Assembly (NCBI GenBank): GCA_905213265.1
Contig: CAJMHR010000003.1
Location: 5,411 to 69,410, forward strand
DNA: 64,000 nt
DNA from: an uncultured Collinsella sp.
GTDB taxonomy: Bacteria > Actinomycetota > Coriobacteriia > Coriobacteriales > Coriobacteriaceae
Direction of reading: 5' to 3'
In this document: positions 18,650 through 28,412 of the stretch, in pieces
Numbering within the stretch: the stretch's first letter is position 1
Layout: each line of letters begins with the position of its first letter
The notes under the pieces: generated by a model
Told to the model about the DNA's origin: nothing
What the model saw: the letters and a program-made list of their open reading frames with translations, nothing else
The model's database searches: none
Translations under genes and position numbers: made by a program

Positions 18650-19525
18650 TCAGCTGAGGAGGAAGCCGGGGCGGGGCCGCACCCACGTGTAGCGAGGGGA
18701 GTCGCTGGCGGCGCCGCCGTTGCCGTGGCAAGAGCAGACGTTGGACGCCGACCCACCCACGACGGAGCGAAGCCACCAATAGACGCGAACTTTCGCGCGG
18801 TCCTTGGTCTGGCGGAAGATGGGAAGCTGGCAGCTCTCGCCCACGGAGTAGCCCTTGGTTCCCCACACGGGGCAGCCGTAGACCTCCATCTCGTTGAGCG
18901 ACCAGACCTTGCCGAGGTTGGCCCAAGACCAGCCCGTGGACTCCTCGACGTTGCCGCTCGCGCTGTAGCGCTCCTCAAGCAGGCACCGGCGGTCGATGAT
19001 GCGGTTGCGGAGCGCCTGCGGGAGCTTCGGGAAAAGCCACTCGGTCTCCCACTTGTGCAGGTTGCTGTTGAGGTACGGGTGCTTCTCCTCCGCCGTGCCC
19101 TGATTGCTCTCGGTGTCTCCCCAGTATAGGTACTGCCCGTCCGTCGTCTGCCAGTCCGGGTCGGTGATTGCGATGGGATCGAACAGGCACACGAGGTGAT
19201 GCTGGGTGAGCTGCGTGTCCATGGCGTTGAGGTAGGTGTCCATGCCCGCGATGCGCGCCGTGAGGTTGTTGCTCTCGACGGGAACGGTGAAGTAGTCGCC
19301 GATGCGCAGGTTGCCGAAGCCAGAGTCGCACAGCCCGCCGAGGTACGCGTAGAGGTCGGACTGCCCGGAGAACAGCGAGTTGAGGTTGCGGCCCGCGTAG
19401 ATGCCGTTGAACTCCTTGCGGTTGGTCTCAGCGTCAGCCGACGCCTGCGTTGCGGCGTCTCGCGCTACTTGGTCGATGATCGTGTAGTTGGTGCCCTTCA
19501 CGTTCATTGTCTTTGCGTCTGCCAT
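18650..19525 (-). CDS. DGR target protein (putative receptor-binding tail protein) with a C-terminal CLec/FGE-like variable region.
   Basis: 291 aa from MADAKTMNV (GGAAGGA RBS). The C-terminal ...VYWWLRSVVGGSASNVCSCHGNGGAASDSPRYTWVRPRPGF is encoded by the VR. It sits after the tail-fibre gene. Confidence 0.7.
   Translation of the reverse strand: MADAKTMNVKGTNYTIIDQVARDAATQASADAETNRKEFNGIYAGRNLNSLFSGQSDLYAYLGGLCDSGFGNLRIGDYFTVPVESNNLTARIAGMDTYLNAMDTQLTQHHLVCLFDPIAITDPDWQTTDGQYLYWGDTESNQGTAEEKHPYLNSNLHKWETEWLFPKLPQALRNRIIDRRCLLEERYSASGNVEESTGWSWANLGKVWSLNEMEVYGCPVWGTKGYSVGESCQLPIFRQTKDRAKVRVYWWLRSVVGGSASNVCSCHGNGGAASDSPRYTWVRPRPGFLLS
18661..18789 (-). repeat. DGR variable repeat (VR), at the 3' end of the target gene. 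An IMH-like G/C-rich end (GGCCCCGCCCCGGC) and hairpins follow downstream.
   Basis: ~90% identical to the TR. Differences occur only where the TR has A on the coding strand. Downstream are CAGCTGA-AGTCT-CAGCTGA and GCGACCGC-GCAA-GGCGGTCGC hairpins. Confidence 0.85.
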
Positions 19526-19538
19526 TGCGGTTTCCTTC

Positions 19539-20432
19539 CTATGCGAGGGTGATGGTCGTGCCGCTTGCCGAGCACGTCTGTCCGAATGTGAGGGTGCTGC
19601 CCTCGACCGTGACCTTCGATGCCGGGCAGTAGATCGTGCCGTCCATGTAGAAGAAGTCGTCGGTTGCGTCGGCGAGCATCGAGCCAAGCGTGTCGATCTG
19701 CCCGCGCATCTCTGCAACGTCCTCGTCTCCGACCACGCTCGATTGCAGGTTGTCCGCGACGCTGCGGGCGTAGGCGGCTGCGGTGTTGGCGTTCGATGCC
19801 GCGCCGTTCGCGGAGTTGATGCCGTTCTGAAGCTGCGTCTTGAGGCTCTGGTACTCGCTGACGCGCTGCTCCTCGGCCTCTACGCGCGCGGTCTCCTGCT
19901 CGACGCGGGTGTTCTCTGCGTTCTGGCGGGCCGTCTCGTTGCTCTTGCGGGTGTTTTCCGCGCTCACGCGCGCGGCCTCCTGCTTCTCCGCCTGCTTCTC
20001 GTAGGCGTCCCACTTCTCGTAGAGCTTGGTGAGCATGTCGTCGTAGAACCCGGCGGCCTCCTCCGGGTCGGAGGTGTCCACCGCAGGGAGCACGCGAAGC
20101 TCGAAGCCCTCGGTAGACTCGGCCTTGGTCGAGCCGCTGTAGAGCACGAAGTGCGCGAGCCTCGCGAGGCCCGGCGAGGACACAGCCTGAGACGGCAGCG
20201 TGCAGCTGACCGTGCTGCCGGAGACTGACGCAGTGCAGCGCGCCCACGTGCCGTCGGCCTTGAGGATGTCGAGGCGCGCCGTCATGTTGCTCGGCGTGTA
20301 GGCCGCTCCGTCGTTCATCAGCTGCGCCTTGATGGTCTGCGTTGAGACGTCCCCCTCGCGCACCACGACGCGGGGCGGGACTAGCGCCGTGGTCTTGTTT
20401 ACCTCAAGGATTATGTTGTGGGTTACGGCCAT
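19539..20432 (-). CDS. Phage tail fibre / receptor-binding protein with a central coiled coil
   Basis: 297 aa. ENTR-type heptad repeats (AENTRKSNETARQNAENTRVEQETARVEAEEQRV). Located after Tal. Confidence 0.45.
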   Translation of the reverse strand: MAVTHNIILEVNKTTALVPPRVVVREGDVSTQTIKAQLMNDGAAYTPSNMTARLDILKADGTWARCTASVSGSTVSCTLPSQAVSSPGLARLAHFVLYSGSTKAESTEGFELRVLPAVDTSDPEEAAGFYDDMLTKLYEKWDAYEKQAEKQEAARVSAENTRKSNETARQNAENTRVEQETARVEAEEQRVSEYQSLKTQLQNGINSANGAASNANTAAAYARSVADNLQSSVVGDEDVAEMRGQIDTLGSMLADATDDFFYMDGTIYCPASKVTVEGSTLTFGQTCSASGTTITLA

Positions 20433-20435
20433 ACG

Positions 20436-20813
20436 CTACTCGCCCCCATGTTCCATCATCCAGTCGATTGCCATGATCTCCTCACCGCTGAGCACTCCTA
20501 TAACGTCATCGGGGGTCGCCTTCATGATCTCGACATCGCGCTCGACCTCGGACACCTCACCCAGACGGCGAAGGAACTCTTGGTATCCCTCGCACTCAGG
20601 CGTTACGGCGAAGTTGACGACGTTTCCGCTGTCGTCCCTCACCTCCGTACCGTACTCGTGGATAAGCTCGTTTCTGAAGGCCTCGTAGTCGGCGATTGAA
20701 TCCATGATTGCGCGCATGTTCACGGCGGCCTTGTATCCGACGAGTGTCCTGCTCTTCATCACCGGCTCTAGCGATTTGGCCATCGCTTCAAGCTGAGCGT
20801 TCGTGTATGTCAT
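20436..20813 (-). CDS. Hypothetical phage protein
   Basis: 125-aa ORF in the tail module. No motif recognised. Confidence 0.35.
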   Translation of the reverse strand: MTYTNAQLEAMAKSLEPVMKSRTLVGYKAAVNMRAIMDSIADYEAFRNELIHEYGTEVRDDSGNVVNFAVTPECEGYQEFLRRLGEVSEVERDVEIMKATPDDVIGVLSGEEIMAIDWMMEHGGE

Positions 20814-20989
20814 TTCGCGTTCACCTCGTTCATGTCGATTCCAAGGGCTGAAAGAATCAAGTCGAGCTTTGCGTCCATGGCTGTCAGGCTTGCCCCGGTG
20901 CTTTCCGCAGGTGTCTCGTCAACGGGGTCTGAAGGGTGGTTAGGCCCCTCCTTGGCTTGGATAAGGATTTCGTCCATGTCGTTCCTTCC

Positions 20990-23599
20990 CTAAATGATCA
21001 CGCCGTTTTTCACGTTCACGTCCCAGTAGGTTCCGCTTGGGGACGTGAGCCGCACCGTTCCCATGCTGCTGCCCGATACGAGCGTCTTGCCTCCAGAGAC
21101 GCCTCCGCTGTTGGGGTCAATCCAGAAGTTGCGTGCCTTGTAGTTCCTTCCGTCGAGATCGCACCCGATTGCGACCGTATCGGCAGTAAAGCCTCCGAAC
21201 GCCTTGTTGATGTACGAGAGCTTCATCGTGTACGAGTCGTCGGATGCTGCCTCTCTAACCGACCAAGTCATGTACGCGCCCTCGTCTTCGAGGTTGAACA
21301 CGAGGCCCCTCTTTGACGAGTCGCCCGTGTATCGGTTCGTGCCGATCTTGCCGATCTCGTAATCGGAGTAATAGAAATGGATGCCGTTGCTCATGAGCTT
21401 GAACGTGCTGTTTCCGATGTAGGAGTTCTCTATCGTGAGGCCGCCGATGTAGCCCGATGTGGTTCGCAGGTACCCGCTCGATAGGTTCCAGTAGTTCCTT
21501 CCTGAAGCGTCCGATATGGTTCCGGTCGCGATGTACGAGGCGTTGATGTAGAGCCTTTTGTTCGACAGGTATATTCCTTGCGTCTGCCCGTTGTTCGTGA
21601 GCCTGTTGAAGACCTCCTGCTGCGTGAGGTTGTCGTCAAGATCGTCGGTTGACTGGTTTCCAGACGTGAGCGCACGTGCGAGCGTAGGCGTTGTGTACGT
21701 CACCGTTCCGTCAGACCACGTTATGCGGCTGCGCGTCCAGTAGTAGCGCCCCTTGACCCAAGTCGGCTGCGCGCTCTGCCAAGAGCCGCCCGTCTGGGCG
21801 GTTTGGCTCGTTGAGAGGTAGTACTGCTCAACGACCTCAGCCGCGCCGATGCCCTTGTCGTTGGTTATGCGGCGCGGGGTCGTGTACTGCACCGAGCCGT
21901 CCGCGAGCGTCATCTTCACGCGCGTCCACATGTGCTTGCCCTGCTGCCAGAGGGCCGTGGTAGTCCAGCTCGTGGGCTGGGCCGAGGCGCTGTCGGAAAG
22001 ACCGTACTGCACGTCAGTAGACACAACCATCTCGCCGGCGGTCTTGTTGCCGACCGACGCCGTTGCGGATATGACCACCTCGCCGGAGTCGAAGTCGGCC
22101 ATGAAAACGGGGTCGTTGGGGTCTCCCACGAGCAGACGCCCGGCCTTGATGAGGTTGGCGAGCAGCGTTCCCGTGGTGATCCAGTCCGCCACGAAGCCCG
22201 CGCCGGTGCCGAAGGTGCGCCAGTCGTAGGAGCCGTCCGCCTTGGTGCCGTCCGCGATCCTGAAACCGAGCGAGCAGAGCTGCATCGCGGTTCCGCCCGT
22301 GGCCGTGGGCTGGCCGTCCTCGTCAAGCGGAACGCTTGAGAAGATGAAACCGTTCTGGTAGCTCACGTGCATGTAGCTCATGCCGTTCATGTTGAACTGC
22401 TCGTTGAGCGAGTCGATGAGCTGCTGGAGGAACGCGGGCGTGGTGCTCGCAACCGCGTCCCAGCTGCCGGACTGGTTCTGAAGGTTGGTGATCTGCTGCT
22501 GTTGCTGCTGCAAGATGTCGGCGATGCTCTCGGTGACGTTGCCAAGCGTGACCGTCCGCGTCTTGCCAAGCATGTCGATGACCTGCTTGGTGACGCGGCC
22601 CTGACAGCGCAGGGTCGGCTCGAAGCTTCCGTCTACCATCTGGGTATCGTCGCCGACGCCCACGCCCTCCCACGGGCGGCCCATGGCCACGAGGTCAACC
22701 ACGTCGGCCTCGTAGGTCACGCCCGGAATCTTGTGCTCGTCAAGGTAGGCCTGCGTCTCGCTTTTGAGCTGGCCCGCGTCCTCGCAGCTTGAGTTCTCGT
22801 ACTTGCCGAACACGTGGGCGAAGCCGCCCTTCCCGTCGGGACGGCCGTAGGTCTTGAGCGCGGTTGCGTCCTCAACGTAGTCCTTGCCTCCGTTGATGTC
22901 GCCGAACGTGAGCTTGCGCCCGTAGCCGCCCGTGTCGGTCTCGACGCCCTTGCCGTAGCCGTAGCACGCCGTGATAGCTCCCCAGTGCTCGGTGCGCTTG
23001 ATGCTGTTGATGTCCTTGCCATAGCTGAACCTGCGGTGCCCGTTGGCCTCGCCACGGTGCTTGAGTATCGAGACGCTGCGGCCCGTCACGCCGTTCGCCC
23101 CGACGGTGATGGAGGTCTCAAGCTCGCCGCCGCACGCAAGGATGTCGTTAAGGGCCGTTCGGCAGTCCGTATGGTAGAAGGTGAGGCCGCTTGAGACGGT
23201 TCCCGGCTGGTCTACCGTGCCGACATCCCAGCGGGTCGGCTTAAGGCACACCTCAAGCGCGCGCTGGAAGCTGTAGCCGTAGGGGCGCTTGTCCTCTATG
23301 TAGTCGCCGAAAAGCTCGCAGATGGAGTTGAGCGCCGTGTCGCTGTAGATGGGGAGGCCCGCCGCGCTCGCGCCCTTCGGGTCTTGGCACACGTGCTCGT
23401 GCGGCACGCCGTTCAGGTCTTGCCACACGAGGCGGTAGCCCTCCTTGAGCGGGAAGGTCGTGGTTATGTCTACGGTGTCCTCGCCGTTGAGGCAGTCCGT
23501 CCACACGAAGCCGAGGAGCTGGCGCGAACCGATGGTTCCGACGTAAGCGTCATGGCGGCTGTACACGTCAACCCTCATCACAGCCACCTCTCGTCCCAC
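20990..23599 (-). CDS. Tail-associated lysin / tail tip protein (Tal; prophage-tail endopeptidase-type minor structural protein)
   Basis: 869 aa directly after Dit. The N-terminal region resembles siphovirus gp/Tal structural domains. Typical size and position. Confidence 0.55.
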   Translation of the reverse strand: MGREVAVMRVDVYSRHDAYVGTIGSRQLLGFVWTDCLNGEDTVDITTTFPLKEGYRLVWQDLNGVPHEHVCQDPKGASAAGLPIYSDTALNSICELFGDYIEDKRPYGYSFQRALEVCLKPTRWDVGTVDQPGTVSSGLTFYHTDCRTALNDILACGGELETSITVGANGVTGRSVSILKHRGEANGHRRFSYGKDINSIKRTEHWGAITACYGYGKGVETDTGGYGRKLTFGDINGGKDYVEDATALKTYGRPDGKGGFAHVFGKYENSSCEDAGQLKSETQAYLDEHKIPGVTYEADVVDLVAMGRPWEGVGVGDDTQMVDGSFEPTLRCQGRVTKQVIDMLGKTRTVTLGNVTESIADILQQQQQQITNLQNQSGSWDAVASTTPAFLQQLIDSLNEQFNMNGMSYMHVSYQNGFIFSSVPLDEDGQPTATGGTAMQLCSLGFRIADGTKADGSYDWRTFGTGAGFVADWITTGTLLANLIKAGRLLVGDPNDPVFMADFDSGEVVISATASVGNKTAGEMVVSTDVQYGLSDSASAQPTSWTTTALWQQGKHMWTRVKMTLADGSVQYTTPRRITNDKGIGAAEVVEQYYLSTSQTAQTGGSWQSAQPTWVKGRYYWTRSRITWSDGTVTYTTPTLARALTSGNQSTDDLDDNLTQQEVFNRLTNNGQTQGIYLSNKRLYINASYIATGTISDASGRNYWNLSSGYLRTTSGYIGGLTIENSYIGNSTFKLMSNGIHFYYSDYEIGKIGTNRYTGDSSKRGLVFNLEDEGAYMTWSVREAASDDSYTMKLSYINKAFGGFTADTVAIGCDLDGRNYKARNFWIDPNSGGVSGGKTLVSGSSMGTVRLTSPSGTYWDVNVKNGVII

Positions 23600-24294
23600 T
23601 CGACGGTTGCGGTTCCGCCCGACACCATGAGGGATACGTCTCCCTCGATTGAGAAGAAGTCGCTCGTGATGTCAACGGCGTGGTCTGTCCCGTTGACCGT
23701 GCAGCGCTCAAGGCCCATATCGAGCACTACTGACTGCGACCCGGTGAAGCTCGCGAGCACCCGAACGTACTCGCCGGTGTCCACGTTGGTCAACTGCCAC
23801 TGGCTGCCCTTCGGCGGCTTGACCGTGACGACCGGGCGCGCCGGGTAGTTCCCGCCGACGCGCAGGCGCTTGGTTCCGCTCACGCTGGCGCTCCTGTGCT
23901 GGCCGTAGCTCACGGGATCGGCGCAGAGAAAAACGAGGTCGACGTCCGGCACGTGTGCGAGTTTGCTCGGCTCGGCCCCTCCCTCGTAGAGCGCCATGAG
24001 GTATGTGGTGGGGTCGTCCGGCAGGACAAGAGGCGCAGGCTGCTTGGCGCTCAGGCACGTTGCGAGGGCCTTGCGGGCGTCCGCGACGTCGCACATGAGG
24101 CGGCGGGTTATGCACCCGCTCACCGTGATCTCAACGGCGTCAAGCTCGACGGAGGACACGAGCGCGCCGTCCATGCCGGGAACCTGCGTCTGGGTGATGC
24201 GCCGCTTGGGGGCCACCTGCCGCTTCACGTCGGTCACCAGCATGTAGGGCGAGAGGTCGTGCCCGTCGAAGGCTATCCTCTGGTCGATGCTCAT
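23578..24294 (-). CDS. Distal tail protein (Dit, Sipho_tail family)
   Basis: 238 aa immediately downstream of the TMP, overlapping the Tal start. Canonical position. Confidence 0.55.
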   Translation of the reverse strand: MSIDQRIAFDGHDLSPYMLVTDVKRQVAPKRRITQTQVPGMDGALVSSVELDAVEITVSGCITRRLMCDVADARKALATCLSAKQPAPLVLPDDPTTYLMALYEGGAEPSKLAHVPDVDLVFLCADPVSYGQHRSASVSGTKRLRVGGNYPARPVVTVKPPKGSQWQLTNVDTGEYVRVLASFTGSQSVVLDMGLERCTVNGTDHAVDITSDFFSIEGDVSLMVSGGTATVEWDERWL

Positions 24295-27200
24295 ACGGCG
24301 TACCCCCTTCCGCGTGCCGTGATCTTGGAGTTCTGCGCGAGCGCGGCGGAAACCGCGTCAACGCCGATGTAGGCGTTGGTGTCCTTGGATGCTATCTCCC
24401 GCAGAAGATTCACCATCTCGCCCAGCATGGCGCGGAGCTGCGCGTCGTCATACGAGCCGGACGAGGCACCCGTGCCGTAGCCCACCGTGCGCACGCCGGA
24501 GGAGAAGCCGCCGCCGTTGGCCTCGAAGTACGAGGCGCTCGCGAGCCTTCTGGCCGCGTCGGAAACGGTTCCCTCGCCCTTGAGCATGCCGCTCGCGAAG
24601 TTCTGCGCGAGGTGCAGGCCGGAGGTCTCGCCGCCCCTCTCAGATCCCGCCCACGGGCCTTCCTTCGGCACGGAGAAGCCCATGGCGTTCTTCGCGGCCT
24701 GCACGACGCTCCACGCGGCGTTCGAGACCCACGTGATGCCCGCGCGGATGCCGCTCGCGAAGTTGCTCGCGAGGTGGCTGCCCCACCCGTAGGAGTTGCC
24801 CGCGTTCTGCATGTTGCTCGCCGCGCTGGCGAGGCTCCGCGCGTTGCTGCGGGTGGAGCCGACGCCGGAGCCGATGCCGCTGGCGAAGTTGCTTGAGGCG
24901 CTGCGGCCCTTGCTCGAAAGGTCTGAGGGCGTGCCGGAGACGCCGGACGAGGCGCTGCTGGCGAGGCTGCGGGCGCTTGAGGACACCGCGCCGATTCCCG
25001 CCGCGAGGCCGGACGAGAGGCCGCTTGAGGCCCTGCTGCCCGTGCTCTGCGCGTCCCCCGGAAGCCCGCTGATTCGGTCGATGAGCTGCTGACCGAGCTG
25101 CGCGATGGAGCTGAGCGGGCCGGACGTGTTGCCGCTGATGCCGTTTGACAGACCCGCGTCGACGTCGGAGCCGATGCGGTAGAACGCCTGAGACGGCGAG
25201 TGGGACTCCAGCGTGTCCTTGGCCTTGCTTATGACGTCCTCGCCGAGTAGCGCCGCCTGCTCCTCCGAGAGCGTCCCGTTTGCGATGCCGTCTGCAAGCC
25301 CCTGGTCGATGTCGTGGCCGAGGAGCTGTGCCGCCGCCGGAACGTCCCCGCCGGTGAGCTGAAGCGCGATCATCGACAGCATGGTGTTGGTCGCGCCGGA
25401 TGCCGTGAAGCTGTTGGCGGTGATCCCGTCCGCCACGCTCTGCGGGAGGCTGATTCCCGCGTTGCTCATCTGGGTGGAGACGCTAGACCAGTCGCCGGTC
25501 GCCGCTGCCTTGAGGATGCTCGTCGCGGTGTCCACGTTCACCGTGCCGCTCTGCATGCCGTTGGCCAAGGCGGTGGCGGCGTTCAGGCCCGCGTCGTTCA
25601 TCTCGATGCCCATGGTGTCGAGCGTCGTGATGATGCTCTGCGAGGTGCCGTCCCACGACGCCACCAGCTGCGTGAGCTGCTGGTCGTTCAAGCTGCGGAA
25701 CGTCTCGACCGAGACGCCCGCGTTGCTCAAGTCGTTGGCGAAGTCGTTGATGTCGCCGCCCACGGCGTTCATGGCCGTCGAGACCGTGGAGCTGGACAGC
25801 ACGAGGTTCTGCATGCTGAATGCGTTGCCGTCGGCTATGGCGGCCTGCGCCGTCATGGACGATGACACGTTGTTGATCGAGGTGTTGGTCGCGTCGAGGG
25901 CCGCCTGCGCGTCCTTCACCGCCTGCCCGTACTTGGAGTTCTCGGCGGATGCCTCCATGGTTGCGCGCGCCTGCTCCATGGTGATGGGAACCCCTTGCGC
26001 AGCCATGGTGTTGTAGTAGTTCTGCGCCATGGTGTCCATGTCGCCGTATACGTTGTTGTACTCCTGATGCGCTTGCGTCAGTGCGGTGATGTTCTCTGCC
26101 TGCTGCTGGTAGAGCGCGGAGAGGTTCTGCTGCTGCGCGTCGACCTGAATCTGCTGCATCTTCTGGTCGATGTAGCCGCCGAGCGACGCCGTGACGTCCT
26201 GAATGGCACCGTTCTCGTCCGCCAGCTTGCCGTTGGCGGCGTCCGTGACCTGAATCTGCGTGCCGCACAGGTCGTTCACCGTATCGACGGCGGTGCGGAG
26301 CCGCGCCTGCGCGTCGTTGGCGAGGTCGGTGTGGTTGGCGTACTGCTGGATGGTCGAGTAGGCCTGCTGAAGCTGCGCCATCTGGGCCGAGGCGCTGGTG
26401 TTGGTGTCGCTGATCGTCTGGGCGAGCTGGGCTTGGGACTCAAGCATCTCGTCAATGTCGACCTTGGCGACACCGGCGGAGGCCCCGTAGCCCTCCAAGG
26501 CGTCGGCCCCGGCGTTCGAGGCGCTCACGCCCTTCTCGGTCGCTGCGGTAAGGCCCTCCGTTGCCGCCTTCAGGTTGTCCTCGTGCTCCTTGGCCTCTTG
26601 GAACACTCCAACGAGGGCGGTTATTCCCGCGATGATCGCGAGCGGCGCGATGGTTGCCAGCGCGAGCTTGAGGCCGGTGGCCGCTACGGATGCGGCCTTC
26701 ATGGCCACGCTCTGAGCGGTCACGGCGGTGGTGCTCGCCTGCGCTGCGGTGGCCGAGGCCTTGTACCCCTCGACGGTGCCTTTGGCGGCGTCCATGGCGC
26801 TCTTGCGCTCGGACACCTCCTTCTGAAGGCTCTCAACAAGCTCTGAGTTGGCCTTGCTGCCCTTCTTCTGCTCGCGCTCAAGATCGCGCACGGAGGCGTT
26901 GTACCTTGACTGCGCCGTGTTGGCCTCGGTAACGGCGTCGATGTACTTCTGCACGCCGCCCGCCGCCTTGGCCGCCGGGTTCTTCTCAAGCGCCTTCGAC
27001 AGCTTCTCGTTGCCCTGATACGCCTTGAGTGATGCGACGTTGGTCGTCGTGAGCGCGTCGGCGTATGTGGCCACGTCCTGCTTGGCCCTGCCGAACGCCG
27101 TGACCATGGAGCCTACGCCCTTGGTTATGCGCCCGGTGACGGACAGCACGGGGCCTGCCGCCGCCGCTACGAGGCCGAAGCCGATGACGGTCTGCTGCGT

Positions 27201-28412
27201 ACCCTCGTCCATCTGGCTGAAGGCGTCGGCAGCGCCGCCCACGGCCTCTGCGGCGTCGGTCACCGCCGGTGCGAGCGCGCTGCCGACTTGGATGGAGGCG
27301 GTCTCGATTGCGCCGTTCATCTCCTCGATGCTGCGCTCGGTCTCGCCCATCTGGGAATCGGCGAGGCGCTGGGCCGCCGTCTGGTCGTTGGTCGCTGCGG
27401 TGTAGCGCTGTATGCCCTCGGTGCCTTGGTTCATCATCACGAGGGCGGCGCGGGAAGCGTCAGCTCCGAAGATGGTCTGGATAGCGGCGTCGCGCGTCGC
27501 GGAGTCGAGGCCGCTCAGCTTGGCCTGAAGCTCACCAGCGACCCCGGCGGCGTCGAGCATGTTGCCGTTCGCGTCGCGGACGTTGATGCCAAGGCTCTCC
27601 ATCATGGCGGCGGACTTGTCCGTTGGAGCCGCGAGGCGCTGAAGCATCGTCTTGAGCGAGGTGCCCGCGTCGCTTCCACGGATGCCGGCGTCGGCGAAGG
27701 CACCGAGCACGGCGGTGGTGTCCTGAATCGACCACCCGGCGCTGTGCGCCTGAGCGGACACCTGAGAGAGACCCTGCGTGAGGTCTGCAACGTCCGCAGA
27801 CGATGCGGCGGCTGCACCCGCTAGGGCGTTGGCCGCCTCGCCGGTCTCGTCGGCGGTGAGGCCGAACGCGCCCATGGCCTGAACGGTCACGTTGGCCGCC
27901 TCGGCGAGCTGAAGGCTTCCGGCGGCTGCCAAGTCCATGGTTGTCTTGAGCGCGCCGCCCTTGATGTCGGCTGCGGTCAGTCCGCCCTTGGCAAGCTCCT
28001 CCATGGCGGCACCGGCCTCGGACGCGCTGAAAACGGTGTCAGCGCCCATGTCCAAGGCGAGCTGTCGCAGCTCCTCCATGTTGGCCGAGGGGTCGTTGAG
28101 CGCGCCGGAAACGCGGCTCATGCTGCTCTCGAAGTCGATGGCCGTCTTGGTGGCAGCCGTGCCGATCGCGGCGAGCGGAACGGTCACCCCGGCGGTCATG
28201 GCGTCGCCCGCGTCTGCGACCTGCTGCCCGGCGCTGTAGATGCGACCGCCAGCCTCGGCGGCCTTGGAGCCTGCCTCGACCCAGCTCTTGGACATGGAGC
28301 CCTCTGCCGCTGCGGTCTTCACCGCGAGGCGGTCTAGGGACTTCTCGGCCCTCTCGACCGCAGAGGCGTTGTAGGAGCCGGATATGGCGATGGAGATGCT
28401 TGCCTTACCCAT
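24291..28412 (-). CDS. Tail tape measure protein
   Basis: 1373 aa, Ala/Gly/Ser-rich, highly helical with periodic repeats. The start is coupled to the upstream gene stop (AATGGGTAA). Confidence 0.8.
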   Translation of the reverse strand: MGKASISIAISGSYNASAVERAEKSLDRLAVKTAAAEGSMSKSWVEAGSKAAEAGGRIYSAGQQVADAGDAMTAGVTVPLAAIGTAATKTAIDFESSMSRVSGALNDPSANMEELRQLALDMGADTVFSASEAGAAMEELAKGGLTAADIKGGALKTTMDLAAAGSLQLAEAANVTVQAMGAFGLTADETGEAANALAGAAAASSADVADLTQGLSQVSAQAHSAGWSIQDTTAVLGAFADAGIRGSDAGTSLKTMLQRLAAPTDKSAAMMESLGINVRDANGNMLDAAGVAGELQAKLSGLDSATRDAAIQTIFGADASRAALVMMNQGTEGIQRYTAATNDQTAAQRLADSQMGETERSIEEMNGAIETASIQVGSALAPAVTDAAEAVGGAADAFSQMDEGTQQTVIGFGLVAAAAGPVLSVTGRITKGVGSMVTAFGRAKQDVATYADALTTTNVASLKAYQGNEKLSKALEKNPAAKAAGGVQKYIDAVTEANTAQSRYNASVRDLEREQKKGSKANSELVESLQKEVSERKSAMDAAKGTVEGYKASATAAQASTTAVTAQSVAMKAASVAATGLKLALATIAPLAIIAGITALVGVFQEAKEHEDNLKAATEGLTAATEKGVSASNAGADALEGYGASAGVAKVDIDEMLESQAQLAQTISDTNTSASAQMAQLQQAYSTIQQYANHTDLANDAQARLRTAVDTVNDLCGTQIQVTDAANGKLADENGAIQDVTASLGGYIDQKMQQIQVDAQQQNLSALYQQQAENITALTQAHQEYNNVYGDMDTMAQNYYNTMAAQGVPITMEQARATMEASAENSKYGQAVKDAQAALDATNTSINNVSSSMTAQAAIADGNAFSMQNLVLSSSTVSTAMNAVGGDINDFANDLSNAGVSVETFRSLNDQQLTQLVASWDGTSQSIITTLDTMGIEMNDAGLNAATALANGMQSGTVNVDTATSILKAAATGDWSSVSTQMSNAGISLPQSVADGITANSFTASGATNTMLSMIALQLTGGDVPAAAQLLGHDIDQGLADGIANGTLSEEQAALLGEDVISKAKDTLESHSPSQAFYRIGSDVDAGLSNGISGNTSGPLSSIAQLGQQLIDRISGLPGDAQSTGSRASSGLSSGLAAGIGAVSSSARSLASSASSGVSGTPSDLSSKGRSASSNFASGIGSGVGSTRSNARSLASAASNMQNAGNSYGWGSHLASNFASGIRAGITWVSNAAWSVVQAAKNAMGFSVPKEGPWAGSERGGETSGLHLAQNFASGMLKGEGTVSDAARRLASASYFEANGGGFSSGVRTVGYGTGASSGSYDDAQLRAMLGEMVNLLREIASKDTNAYIGVDAVSAALAQNSKITARGRGYAV

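Noticed and set aside
18048-18926. 292-aa ORF extending upstream of avd across the VR
   Set aside because: The N-terminal 127 aa are Arg/Pro-rich and overlap the target-gene C-terminus in another frame. The real gene starts at the internal ATG at 18545, which has a GGAGG RBS.
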